Notes: generated from the letters alone by a model not told the origin. DNA of 45,713 nt, filler included, from Myxococcota bacterium (GCA_023150835.1; 10 parts of 10 records of this genome joined end to end with filler, not necessarily neighbours in it); one strand, 5' to 3'; shown: positions 19,691 to 28,787, counted from the first letter of the whole stretch. Translations and numbers: made by a program.

Positions 19691-21457
19691 ATGCAGATCT
19701 ACAAAGCACCGCTCGAAGACATGAGATTCCTTTTGGAAGCGCTTGGCTATGAAGAAGTGGCCCGTCTCAAGAACTACGCGGACTTCGATTTGGATACGGT
19801 GATGGCGATCTTGGAAGAGAACGCCAAGTTTTGTACGAACGAGATGTTGCCGTTGAATCGGGTGGGCGATGTGGAAGGTGTGAAGTTTCACCCGGAAGAT
19901 GCGAGCGTGACGACGGCCCCCGGCTTTAAGGAGTTGTACAAGAAGTTTTCAGAAGCAGGGATGTTGAGTTTGTCGCAAACGGCGGAATATGGGGGAGGTG
20001 GAGCGCCGTATGTGGTGGGGATGATCTTGTCGGAGATGTCGACGTCCACAAACAAGAGCTTTACGATGTGTCCCGGGCTGACGCACGGTTTGATCGATGC
20101 GTTGTTGCATCACGGGGCAGAAGATTTAAAGAAGGCGTATTTGCCGAAATTGATCTCGGGGGAATGGACAGGGACGATGTGCTTGACGGAGCCGCAGTGT
20201 GGGACAGATCTGGGCTTGATCAAGTCCAAGGCGACTCCTACGCCCGATGGCGACGGCTATTTGCTGACAGGTACAAAGATCTGGATCACCTTTGGCGAGC
20301 ATGACATGGCCGACAATATCGTCCACTTGGTGTTGGCACGTCTGCCCGATGCACCCGAAGGGATCAAGGGCATCAGCTTGTTTTTGGTTCCGAAGTTCAC
20401 GTTGGACGGAAAGCGCAACGCGATCTATTGCGGTGGTTTGGAACACAAGATGGGCATCCATGCTTCGCCGACGTGCGTGATGAATATGGAAGATGCGCGG
20501 GGTTGGCTGGTGGGTGAGCCGCACAAAGGGATGCGTGCGATGTTTACGATGATGAACTCTGCGCGTCTTGGCGTGGGGATGGAAGGTGTGGCTTTGTCGG
20601 AGATCGCCTACCAAACGGCGCTGGCATTCGCCAAGGATCGCCGCCAAAGCCGTTCGCTGAATCCGGCTCGTCAAGACGCCCATGCTGCCGCCGACAATAT
20701 CTTGGTACACCCCGATGTGCGTCGGATGCTGTTGAATGTACGCGCAAGCAACGAAGCTATGCGCGCTTTGGGCTATTTTGTGGCCAAACACCACGACTTG
20801 AGCCTGCACCACGAAGATCCCCAAGTTCGCGAAGAATCCGATGATCTTGTCGGCTTGTTGACTCCGATCATCAAGAGCTTCTTTACAGAACGCGGCTTTT
20901 TGAATGTGTCGGATGCGTTGCAGATGATGGGTGGGGCGGGCTATACACAGGATTGGTCGGTGGAGCAGTATCTTCGGGATCTGCGGATCGCGATGCTGTA
21001 TGAAGGAACCAACCACGTTCAAGCCCTTGACTTGGTGGGGCGCAAACTGCCGCGCAATATGGGCCGTTCTTTTATGAAGTTCAGCAGCCTGATCACGGAC
21101 TTCTTGCGCGAAAACAAAGAAAACCCCGCATTGGCGGAGTTTTTGACTCCGCTGAAAGAAACTTCCAAAAAGCTGAACCAAGTGACCATGAGTCTCAGCG
21201 AAACCGCGATGGCCGATCCCGAGATGGTGGGCGCGGTCGCCTCCAATTACCTCAATCTGTTCGCTTACACGGCGCTGGCCTATATGTGGTGCTTGCAGTT
21301 GAAAGCGGCTGTGCAGCGCGGCGATAAGTTCGGTCAAACCAAGATCAAAACCGCTCGCTTTTTCTTCCGAAACTTGTTGCCCGAAGTCGACGCGCTTGTG
21401 CAGTGTATCGCCGCTGGAAAAGACACCGTGATGGACTTTGAAGCCGGCGAGTTCTAA
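19691..21457 (+). CDS. Acyl-CoA dehydrogenase (FadE5/DmdC-like, with ACAD N and C extensions)
   Basis: Start MQIYKAPLEDMRF. Motifs GTMCLTEPQCGTDLG, GTKIWITFGEHD, EHKMGIHASPTC and LYEGTNHVQALDLVGRK. Confidence 0.95.
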   Translation: MQIYKAPLEDMRFLLEALGYEEVARLKNYADFDLDTVMAILEENAKFCTNEMLPLNRVGDVEGVKFHPEDASVTTAPGFKELYKKFSEAGMLSLSQTAEYGGGGAPYVVGMILSEMSTSTNKSFTMCPGLTHGLIDALLHHGAEDLKKAYLPKLISGEWTGTMCLTEPQCGTDLGLIKSKATPTPDGDGYLLTGTKIWITFGEHDMADNIVHLVLARLPDAPEGIKGISLFLVPKFTLDGKRNAIYCGGLEHKMGIHASPTCVMNMEDARGWLVGEPHKGMRAMFTMMNSARLGVGMEGVALSEIAYQTALAFAKDRRQSRSLNPARQDAHAAADNILVHPDVRRMLLNVRASNEAMRALGYFVAKHHDLSLHHEDPQVREESDDLVGLLTPIIKSFFTERGFLNVSDALQMMGGAGYTQDWSVEQYLRDLRIAMLYEGTNHVQALDLVGRKLPRNMGRSFMKFSSLITDFLRENKENPALAEFLTPLKETSKKLNQVTMSLSETAMADPEMVGAVASNYLNLFAYTALAYMWCLQLKAAVQRGDKFGQTKIKTARFFFRNLLPEVDALVQCIAAGKDTVMDFEAGEF

Positions 21458-21530
21458 GCCCTCACCCCCCAGCCCCCCCTCTCCCTCTCCCCGCTTGCTG
21501 TGCTGCGGAGGTATAGTGGACCCCTAAATT

Positions 21531-21818
21531 GCCGCTCACAGAAGCCATCGATACAACTACGGTGGGTGGATGATGATGCAAATGCTCGGTGTTGTCGCTG
21601 AATTTGAACGAGCCATGATCTCCGAACGCACCAAAGCGAGGATCGAATCGGCTCAAAGGCACGAACATCAACTCAGTCGCCCTTTTGCCCTCAATGCTTC
21701 ACAGCGCGGGGAGATCACACGTCGGGTCGCTTCGGGAGATTGGTCACAAGCCGAAGCAGCGAGGTTATTTGATGTTGATCGCTCGACGATCTGTCGCATG
21801 ATGTGGCTGGATGGTTAA
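21531..21818 (+). pseudogene. Serine resolvase/invertase remnant (C-terminal helix plus HTH)
   Basis: LTEAIDTTT followed by a frameshift into MMMQMLGVVAEFERAMISERT...EAARLFDVDRSTI. The catalytic N-terminus is absent. Confidence 0.8.
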
Positions 21819-22078
21819 TCATAGTGACCCCACATCCGAAGTACCTTGACCGTCCGTTCTTCCTCTAAAACCTCGTACACCAAACGATGCTGAATGTTGA
21901 TCCGCCTCGAATACGCACCCGCCAGATCACCTACGAGCTTTTCATAGGGCGGGGGGTTTTGAAAAGGGTTTTCTTGGAGAATACCTAGCAACATCTGAGC
22001 TTTTTCTTTCAGGCCGGCTGCAGCGAGGTTTTTGGCATCTTTTTGAGCTTGCTTGGTAAAGACGATCTGCCAGCTCAC
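21815..22078 (-). CDS. yoeB: Txe/YoeB family toxin
   Basis: GTG start overlaps the antitoxin stop. Motif PPYEKLVGDLAGAYSRRINIQHRLVYEV..VKVLRMWGHY. Confidence 0.93.
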   Translation of the reverse strand: MSWQIVFTKQAQKDAKNLAAAGLKEKAQMLLGILQENPFQNPPPYEKLVGDLAGAYSRRINIQHRLVYEVLEEERTVKVLRMWGHYD

Positions 22079-22317
22079 CAGTCCAGCTCCTTGGCGCACT
22101 CTCCTATCGGGGTTTCCATTCCCTCCCGAATCGATTCCTTCATCCCCGGGATGGAAAGTAGGTAAAGCGTTTCTTGGATCGCTCGCCAATCCTCTTCTGC
22201 GATCAGCACTGCGGATCCTCTCTTGCCTGTGATCTGGATCGGTTCATGAGACTGACATAGCTCGTCAATCAACCGATAGATTCGCTCTCGTGCTTGGCTT
22301 GCTGTGATCGTAATCAT
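22075..22317 (-). CDS. yefM: Phd/YefM family antitoxin
   Basis: MITITASQARERIYRLIDE..HEPIQITGKRGSAVLIAEEDWRAIQETLYLLSIPGM. Confidence 0.93.
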   Translation of the reverse strand: MITITASQARERIYRLIDELCQSHEPIQITGKRGSAVLIAEEDWRAIQETLYLLSIPGMKESIREGMETPIGECAKELDW

Positions 22318-22453
22318 CGTTTCTTCGGCGTGGAGACCCCTGCCTTTAGGCGGGCTTTGAAACGCCGTCCTTTCTTCGTGTGTAAGCGTATCCATCGGTG
22401 TGTTGAAGGATACGACAATGTTTGTAAGAAATGCCTTGTGTGGTACCACTTCG
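22318..22453 (-). mobile_element. 3' end of an IscB-type IS200/IS605 (OMEGA) element, copy 1
   Basis: Identical to 41983-42116. Subterminal hairpin CCCGCCTAAAGGCAGGGG. Junction ...GAAGAAACG|ATGA. Confidence 0.82.
22346..22453 (-). CDS. iscB: RNA-guided endonuclease IscB, C-terminal 35 aa only
   Basis: My translation RSGTTQGISYKHCRILQHTDGYAYTRRKDGVSKPA* fits the IscB C-terminal QGI..K.C..(L/I)Q..DGY.Y motif. Not in the ORF track. Confidence 0.8.
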   Translation of the reverse strand, partial: RSGTTQGISYKHCRILQHTDGYAYTRRKDGVSKPA

Positions 22454-22879
22454 NNNNNNNNNNNNNNNNNNNNNNNNNNNNNNNNNNNNNNNNNNNNTTA
22501 ATTAATTAANNNNNNNNNNNNNNNNNNNNNNNNNNNNNNNNNNNNNNNNNNNNGCAGCGTCTGCATTTCGTGCATACAGCGTGCGTCATGAAAAAACAAA
22601 ATCCCCGATGCTTCCGACTTTCGCTCCCTCCCCTGTTCACGGGGGAGGGCGGGGTGGGGGGCTTTCCTCCGCTTCACCTAACGCCTATGGGGTTCCACCC
22701 CACACCCCGCAAGGGGTCGCAGCCCCCTTGACCCCGTGTGGGCGAAAAGAGCAGCCTTTTTTACACCAACGACTCTGTCGCTTGAACCTCCGCGAACACG
22801 GGGTTTTTACAACAGCTTCGCTGCACTCTACAAGCCGCATCCGTCCTGCGTTTCTGTGGGGCTTGCATCGCCCTGCTGT

Positions 22880-23479
22880 CTAGCCCACCAAGGCTCGCTT
22901 TGCCTTCGCTATCTTCGATCGGATCACCGCGCTCCGCTCCCCTTCCGCTAAAAACAGCCGAATCCGCTTGCTATCCGCTTCCGCCCTTGGAATCAACACC
23001 TGCTCAAACAAATTCACCCGCTGCGTCGTCTTCCGCAACGCTTCCTCCAACAAACTCAATCGCTGCTTCTGCACGCGCAACCGCACCGTCAGCCGCAATA
23101 CCGCTTCGAGATGTCCCAACCCCACCTCCAACCAGTGCGGCGTCCCCCACATCGCAAAATCCACCACACCCACCCGCACCTCCTCCAGCTTCGGCAACCA
23201 CAGCCCCACGATATTTTCTTGCACGATCCTCACCTCCTCCACCTTCACCATCGAATCCAAAACCACCGCTTCATCCGCCATCATCGGCAACTGACGAAAC
23301 ACCTTGTCCCGATGCTCCGCGATCTCTCCCTCCAACCCCACAACTTCTTGCTTCGCTGCGTTCTTACGCGCCATCAACAACAGCCGCTTCCGCTCCAACG
23401 ACGGCAAAAAGCTTCGATAGATCTTTAACTTCTGCTGCTCTTTCAACAGCGCATTTTTATTGAGCGCCGGCCCTTTCAA
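22880..23479 (-). CDS. ntpD: V/A-type ATP synthase subunit D
   Basis: TTG start after GGAGG. Motifs FLPSLERKR and LRKTTQRVNLFEQVLIP. Confidence 0.92.
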   Translation of the reverse strand: MKGPALNKNALLKEQQKLKIYRSFLPSLERKRLLLMARKNAAKQEVVGLEGEIAEHRDKVFRQLPMMADEAVVLDSMVKVEEVRIVQENIVGLWLPKLEEVRVGVVDFAMWGTPHWLEVGLGHLEAVLRLTVRLRVQKQRLSLLEEALRKTTQRVNLFEQVLIPRAEADSKRIRLFLAEGERSAVIRSKIAKAKRALVG

Positions 23480-23585
23480 GCTTCACCTCCACGTCGGCAA
23501 ACCTCACCGCCACGTCGGCCCTTTCAATCATCGCCTCCACCAAGCACTCACCTTTTCAACATCGCCTCCATCGAACGCTGCCCTT

Positions 23586-24950
23586 TCAAGCACCGCCTCC
23601 TGCTTCTTTGCGCGGCAAAAAGTACTTCTCCACAAACACGCGCTTCATCAACAACTCTTCTGCATCGAAGCACTCGGCCAACGTTGTCCAACACAGATCC
23701 AGCGCATCCTCTAGCGCAATCGACACTTGAACGTCCATAAACCGCTTGCGAAACAGTCCCCCAAACTTCAACAGCTTGTGATCCCGCGCATTCAACTCAA
23801 ACGACATCGCTTGCTTTTGCTCTGCGTCTTGGGCGTCTGCGTACAAGCGGATCATCGTGTTCATCACTTGCGCATGATCTTCACGCGTCACCTTTCCGAC
23901 CACGTGCTGCTTCAATCGCGACAACGAACCAAACGGATCCAAAAAACCATCATGCAAATAAAACTGCCCTTCCGTGATGTACCCTGTATTATCGGGGACA
24001 GGATGCGTGACGTCGTCTCCCGGCATCGTCGTCACCGACAAGATCGTCACCGAACCCGCTCCCCGAAAGTCACACGCCTTTTCATACCGACGCGCCAACT
24101 GCGAATACAAATCCCCCATATACCCGCGATTCGATGGGATATGCTCCATCGCGATCCCTACTTCCTTCAACGCATCCGCAAAGCTCGTCATATCCGTCAA
24201 CAACACCAACACCCGCTTTCCCTCCCCCACCGCAAAATGCTCCGCCACCGCAAGCGCCATATCGGGCACCAACACCCCCTCCAACACGGGGTCGGACGCC
24301 TGATGCACATACATCACCGTACGACTCAACACCCCCGCCTCTTCAAACGCCCGTCGGAACGCATAATAGTCATCAAACACCAAGCCCATCCCACCAAACA
24401 CCACGATATCCGCGTCCGCTTGCACCCCGATCCGCGCCAACAACTGATTGTACGGCTCTCCTGCCACCGAAAAGATCGGGATCTTCTGGCTCTCCACCAA
24501 ACTATTAAACAGATCGATCATCGGAATATTTGTCCGAATCATCTTCGACGCCAACACCCGACGCATCGGGTTCGCTGACGGCCCCCCGATCTCCACCTTC
24601 GGCTCATAAGAAAGATCCGGCCCTCCATCCATCGGCTCCCCTGATCCCCGAAACACCCGACCCAAGATGTTCTCCGAAAAGGTCACCTGCATCGGGTGTC
24701 CCAAAAAACGCACCGTCGCTCGCGTCGAAAGCCCCTTCGTCCCCGAAAAGATCTGCAACGAGACCCGTCTCTCATCCAACTGGATCACCTGCGCCAACAA
24801 CGACTCACCATCCACGTTGTCCACCACCGCCAGATCCCCAAACCGCACCAACGGCATCTCTGGCAAGGATTCCCGACTCGGGATCTCCACGCGCACCATA
24901 TCCCCCACGATCTCCAAGATCTTCGCATAACGCACCGCTGTCTGTCGCAT
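23586..24950 (-). CDS. ntpB: V/A-type ATP synthase subunit B
   Basis: Motifs [35 protein letters not shown] and [18 protein letters not shown]. Confidence 0.96.
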   Translation of the reverse strand: MRQTAVRYAKILEIVGDMVRVEIPSRESLPEMPLVRFGDLAVVDNVDGESLLAQVIQLDERRVSLQIFSGTKGLSTRATVRFLGHPMQVTFSENILGRVFRGSGEPMDGGPDLSYEPKVEIGGPSANPMRRVLASKMIRTNIPMIDLFNSLVESQKIPIFSVAGEPYNQLLARIGVQADADIVVFGGMGLVFDDYYAFRRAFEEAGVLSRTVMYVHQASDPVLEGVLVPDMALAVAEHFAVGEGKRVLVLLTDMTSFADALKEVGIAMEHIPSNRGYMGDLYSQLARRYEKACDFRGAGSVTILSVTTMPGDDVTHPVPDNTGYITEGQFYLHDGFLDPFGSLSRLKQHVVGKVTREDHAQVMNTMIRLYADAQDAEQKQAMSFELNARDHKLLKFGGLFRKRFMDVQVSIALEDALDLCWTTLAECFDAEELLMKRVFVEKYFLPRKEAGGGA

Positions 24951-25211
24951 CGCTCCTCCGCTTCCTCTCTCCTACAGCTTCCCCTCTCTCCCCTCTTCTT
25001 GACCGCGCAATCTAACACACTTCGCCCAACACACAATCCCCATCTACCCGCACAACTCCGCTCCATCCCTCCCTTATGCGGGCGTTTCCGTCACCTCCAC
25101 ATAATCTCGCACCACCCGCCCCTTTCTGCCCTTAGCCGCAAAGAAGAGTCCACGGAAAGCACGAACAACGACCAAAGGGAGTTTTGACTGGTCTGGAAAA
25201 ATGAGGTAAGG

Positions 25212-25284
25212 CCGCCCCTTTCCGCCCCTTTCCGCCCCTTTCCGCTCCTTTCCGCCCCTTTCCGCTCCTTTCCGCCCCTTTCCG
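25212..25284. repeat. 10-bp tandem repeat CCGC(C/T)CCTTT, about 7 copies
   Basis: Read directly from the sequence. Confidence 0.9.
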
Positions 25285-25429
25285 CGGACTCTTTTTGTCT
25301 CATCCTTTTCCGTGCCTTACGAGGCGTAAAACTCCTTTGGGCGGTTTGTGCTGGATGCTTTTCTACAGATCCGCATCTTCCACAAACGACGGTTCGCCCT
25401 CTGCCTCTGCATCTTTGATGCTTTTCAAA

Positions 25430-25530
25430 CCATACCTTTACGCGAGATCGCGAAGATCATGAACGAGGAAGGCCACCCCACCAAGCGCGGGGGCAAGTGG
25501 GGCGCTGAAACCGTCAGGCTTGTTTTAGCG
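25430..25530 (+). pseudogene. Fragment of a serine-recombinase DNA-binding (Recombinase) domain
   Basis: LREIAKIMNEEGHPTKRGGKWGAETVRLVL, without a catalytic domain. Confidence 0.6.
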
Positions 25531-25598
25531 CCTATAACATGTTTTCCCACCCGATTTGATTTCCATTCGTGCGTTGGGGTAAAGGCTCGAAGGCACGC

Positions 25599-25913
25599 TC
25601 AGAGAGAAGCCAGTGATGTTTGTTCGTGGGGTTTGATCTTCTCGTATTCTTCGGCTTTTTTGTACTCCGCCTCCCAAAAATCCAAGTGTAATTGAAGGTT
25701 TAACCAAAATTGCGGAGTCATCTGAAAAAAACGGCCCAGTCGAATCGCTGTGTCCACTGTGATCGCTCTCTTTCCCTTGACGATCTCGTTGATACGACGA
25801 CGAGCGACTCCGAGGGCTTCGGCGAGTTGTTTTTGTGTCAGCCCCAAAGGCACCAAGAACTCTTCGTGAAGGATCTCGCCTGGTGGTGTGGGGCGTCGGT
25901 TTACTGTCTTCAT
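25599..25913 (-). CDS. higA: HigA family antitoxin
   Basis: RPTPPGEILHEEFL.PLGLTQ.QLAEALGV.RRRINEIVKGKRAITVDTAIRL..FWLNLQ. Confidence 0.95.
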   Translation of the reverse strand: MKTVNRRPTPPGEILHEEFLVPLGLTQKQLAEALGVARRRINEIVKGKRAITVDTAIRLGRFFQMTPQFWLNLQLHLDFWEAEYKKAEEYEKIKPHEQTSLASL

Positions 25914-25930
25914 CGACTTTGATTCCTTCT

Positions 25931-26221
25931 CTAGTGGTATTGGATCAGCTCGACATCGCCGAGAAAAAACCCGCCTTCTTGATCGATTGTGAAAATCAAA
26001 CGCCAAGCGCCGCTCACACGAATCGCCCAGTACCCTTCCAACTCCCCGTGAAGCGAATGAAGGTGGTTGCTCGGAGGGTTGTTCAAATCCTCAACACAAA
26101 CAGCCGCGTGCATGAGATCCAACTTTCTCAACACGCGCTCCCTTAGATCGCCTCGAACCGAGGCGCACTTCCCATCCACCCAACACTTCTCAAGATCCTT
26201 GTCTCCAAAGCTTCGAATCAA
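25931..26221 (-). CDS. higB: HigB (RelE/ParE superfamily) toxin
   Basis: TTG start after GAGGAG. MIRSFGDK..DLNNPPSNHLHSLHGELEGYWAIRVSGAWRLIF. Toxin gene precedes antitoxin. Confidence 0.92.
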   Translation of the reverse strand: MIRSFGDKDLEKCWVDGKCASVRGDLRERVLRKLDLMHAAVCVEDLNNPPSNHLHSLHGELEGYWAIRVSGAWRLIFTIDQEGGFFLGDVELIQYH

Positions 26222-26247
26222 CTTTTGCTCCTCGCTTGGTGGTGTAA

Positions 26248-26266
26248 TGTAACGCATAGTGTTACA
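26248..26266. promoter_or_regulatory. Putative HigA operator TGTAAC-N7-GTTACA
   Basis: Inverted repeat just upstream of higB, with minus-strand TTGACG at 26287-26282. Confidence 0.65.
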
Positions 26267-26333
26267 CATTGTTCGGTAGAACGTCAACACCGACCCAAAG
26301 CAAGGACGTGTTTCCTCCTCCGCCCCTTGTCTA

Positions 26334-26637
26334 TCAAGCCGACTCTTCCGAGGGCTTGGCTTCTTTGGGCTTGCGCTCAAAGATCTGCACGGAGGGGTTG
26401 TCTCCGACAAAGCCGTGTTCGGTACGTTCACCCAGACAACCGCGAACCGCAGCCACCCACAGAGGGAATTGTTCCATGTCCTTGATCATCTTGTTGAAGT
26501 GCTTGGGACGCAACGTGACTGAAACCTCGTAGGCATCGCACTTGAGCACAAACATCTTATGGCCGTTTGTCATCTCCACCGCCTCGGGTTGTTCGAGGCA
26601 TCTTGATCGTGATCTCCAACTTTCCTTCGACTGCCAT
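26334..26637 (-). pseudogene. Frameshifted 'fertility inhibition FinO-like' family protein
   Basis: AAGGAG then MAVEGKLEITIK in one frame, continuing in another frame as NGHKMFVLKCD.YEVSVTLRPK..FPLWVAAVRGCLGERTEHGF..PSVQIFERKPK. Confidence 0.6.
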
Positions 26638-26839
26638 CGTTGACTCCTTCGTTTGAAAAGATCTCGGTGAATCCGAGAACACAGGGACTCTCCAAGCCCC
26701 TTTGAGAAATGCGCCGACTTTGACACGGATCTCTCGGCCNNNNNNNNNNNNNNNNNNNNNNNNNNNNNNNNNNNNNNNNNNNNTTAATTAATTAANNNNN
26801 NNNNNNNNNNNNNNNNNNNNNNNNNNNNNNNNNNNNNNN

Positions 26840-27295
26840 TGTTTTGTGGGAAGCGGGGAAAAGATGGAAGGGGTGGGGAACAAAGGAAGCGATTACGTCG
26901 GGTGCAAGGGCTGGCGTTTACCGACGGAAGCAGAGTGGGAATACGCTTGTCGTGCGGGTGCGACAACGCCGCGTTATGGAGAGTTAGACGAGATCGCGTG
27001 GCATGGGAAGAACAGCGGCAGCACAACGCATGTTGTGGGGCAAAAACAAGCCAATGCGTGGGGGTTGCACGATACGCTAGGGAATGTGTGGGAGTGGTGC
27101 TATGACTGGTTTGGTGGTTATTCGGCCCAAGCAGCTACAGACCTTGTTGGAGCAGCTACAGGCGCGAACCGCGTGAGGCGTGGTGGCAGTTGGAACTACA
27201 ACGCCTACTTCGTGCGGGCGGCGCAGCGCGGCAGCAACACGCCGACGTACCGCAACAACCTCATCGGTTTCCGTGTCGTCAGGTCGAGCCCCTAG
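26840..27295 (+). CDS. FGE-sulfatase/CLec protein, C-terminal part, putative DGR target, copy B
   Basis: Same FGE motifs as copy A. Truncated by the contig start. Asn-rich variable C-terminus. Confidence 0.9.
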   Translation, partial: CFVGSGEKMEGVGNKGSDYVGCKGWRLPTEAEWEYACRAGATTPRYGELDEIAWHGKNSGSTTHVVGQKQANAWGLHDTLGNVWEWCYDWFGGYSAQAATDLVGAATGANRVRRGGSWNYNAYFVRAAQRGSNTPTYRNNLIGFRVVRSSP

Positions 27296-27848
27296 TTGCG
27301 GTTTGCCGTTTTACCGTTTTACCGTTTGCGGCCCGAACAATCGGGGGTGAAAGAGGGTGGTCGCTTCGTGAACGAATGTGTTGTCCGTCGACAGTGCAGT
27401 AGTGTACGCAGTATAGAGTGCGGCGGGTTCTGATGGGCGTGGCGCTTCAGGACGCAAGGCAGCGAGCTCCGCCGCGCCGCGTCGTGAAGTGTCGCGCTAG
27501 GCTTGCGGAGCGAGGCGCAAGTTCGGGGGGGGGGTTAGGGGCGTCTGTGGCTGGGGTTGGCGATGATGGGAGAAAGCACCGGTGTTCGTGGAGGTTCAAG
27601 CGACAGAGGCGTTGTTTTGAAAAGCGACGTTCTTTTCGCCCTCGCGGGGTCAAGGGGCGACAGTCTATGGCGGGGGTTTGGGGGCAGGCCCCCAAAAACA
27701 ATGGAAGAATCAAGGTGTAGGTTTGCAGAAGAGAAAGGAAAAGGCGGATGAAGGTGAAGGTGTTCAATTGAAGTGATGATGAGGAGACGGGCGGATTTGA
27801 TAGCAGCGATTTGGAGGCGCTGGGGGAGGAGAAGAGAAGGGCGAGAGG

Positions 27849-28787
27849 TTATGATGTTTTGTTTGTTGTGGTGGGGTGTTGCTGATGGAGTAGAGAGGCG
27901 ATTTGTTCGTAAGAAAGGCCAGTCGCTTTGACGATGACATCGTGGGGGATGCCTTGGGCGAGCAAGTTTTTTGCGATTTCTCTTCTGCCTTCTTCAAGTC
28001 CGATCTCACGACCCTCTTCGATTCCGATCTCGCGACCCTCTTCGATTCCGATCTCGCGGCCTTTTTTAAGTCCAGATTGTCGAAGTGCTTCTTCACGAGC
28101 GTCGTGAAGGTCTTTGAAATCTTGGAGAGTTTCGGGGTCGAGTTGTTGAAGTTGTTGTGTTTGTGTCATGATGAGAAAGCTCCTATCGAAGTTGTAGAGG
28201 AGTGTATGGTAAGGCTCAAGGCGTTGTTGGACAACGTTAATCACGGCTTGCTTGCGTTGTCCACCTTTGCCGAGTAGGCAAAAGAGTAGGGTATCCTCGC
28301 GAAGTTCGATCTCCGAAGTGTTGACGGCGTAGATGGTTTCGCGAGGAAGCCCTTGCCATCGACGGATGCCGCTTTCGACGAGTTCGCCTTGTGCGGCGAA
28401 GACGGAATCGAGTGCTTTTTGTGGCCAATAGTTGAAGATGAGCCAGAGGACACCTTGTGGATAAGGACGACCCTTTTGGTCGTCGTGAGCGCGTTGAAGG
28501 GCAAGACGGAGTTTGGAGAGGTTGGCTTCGAGGCGCTTTTCGGGGACAGAGCCGCTAAAGGCTTCGACAAGACAGCGAGCATCACCCGTCAAACGGGTGA
28601 GCAAGCCAGCACCAAGAAAGTTCGGGGGGAGAGGTTTGTCGGGGATTAAGAGAACATCAGCGCGGAAGGTATCGGGTAAGAGGTCAGTTCCGACTTCAAC
28701 GTAGGTGGTATCGCCAAACAAGCCAGCAATGAGGAATTTGCTGAGGCGATCTTCAAACTGCGAGAGGGTCTTTTTTTGATGGTTCAT
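27849..28787 (-). CDS. Rpn/YhgA-like putative PD-(D/E)XK nuclease/transposase-related protein
   Basis: N-terminal E..ADVLLIP..GLL.RL..CLVEAF. C-terminal EEGREIG repeats and REIAKNLLAQG..IVKATGLS.EQI helix typical of Rpn-like tails. Confidence 0.65.
   Translation of the reverse strand: MNHQKKTLSQFEDRLSKFLIAGLFGDTTYVEVGTDLLPDTFRADVLLIPDKPLPPNFLGAGLLTRLTGDARCLVEAFSGSVPEKRLEANLSKLRLALQRAHDDQKGRPYPQGVLWLIFNYWPQKALDSVFAAQGELVESGIRRWQGLPRETIYAVNTSEIELREDTLLFCLLGKGGQRKQAVINVVQQRLEPYHTLLYNFDRSFLIMTQTQQLQQLDPETLQDFKDLHDAREEALRQSGLKKGREIGIEEGREIGIEEGREIGLEEGRREIAKNLLAQGIPHDVIVKATGLSYEQIASLLHQQHPTTTNKTS

Noticed and set aside
21510-21532. GTATAGTGGACCCCTAAATTG as an IS3-like terminal inverted repeat
   Set aside because: No partner repeat or transposase is visible, and the match is too short to support.
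22318-22449. Identical 44-aa N-terminus (MVPHKAFLTN...AEET) on the ORF-track antitoxin and on ORF 40744..42114, suggesting a shared leader peptide
   Set aside because: It is an alternative reading frame of the IscB element end. The likely starts are 22317 and 41982.
27161-27295. Copy B as the DGR template repeat, because it is the most AAC-rich
   Set aside because: It is the in-frame end of a coding gene and has non-A bases where other copies have A (for example TTC versus AGC, CTC versus TAC), so it is a target.
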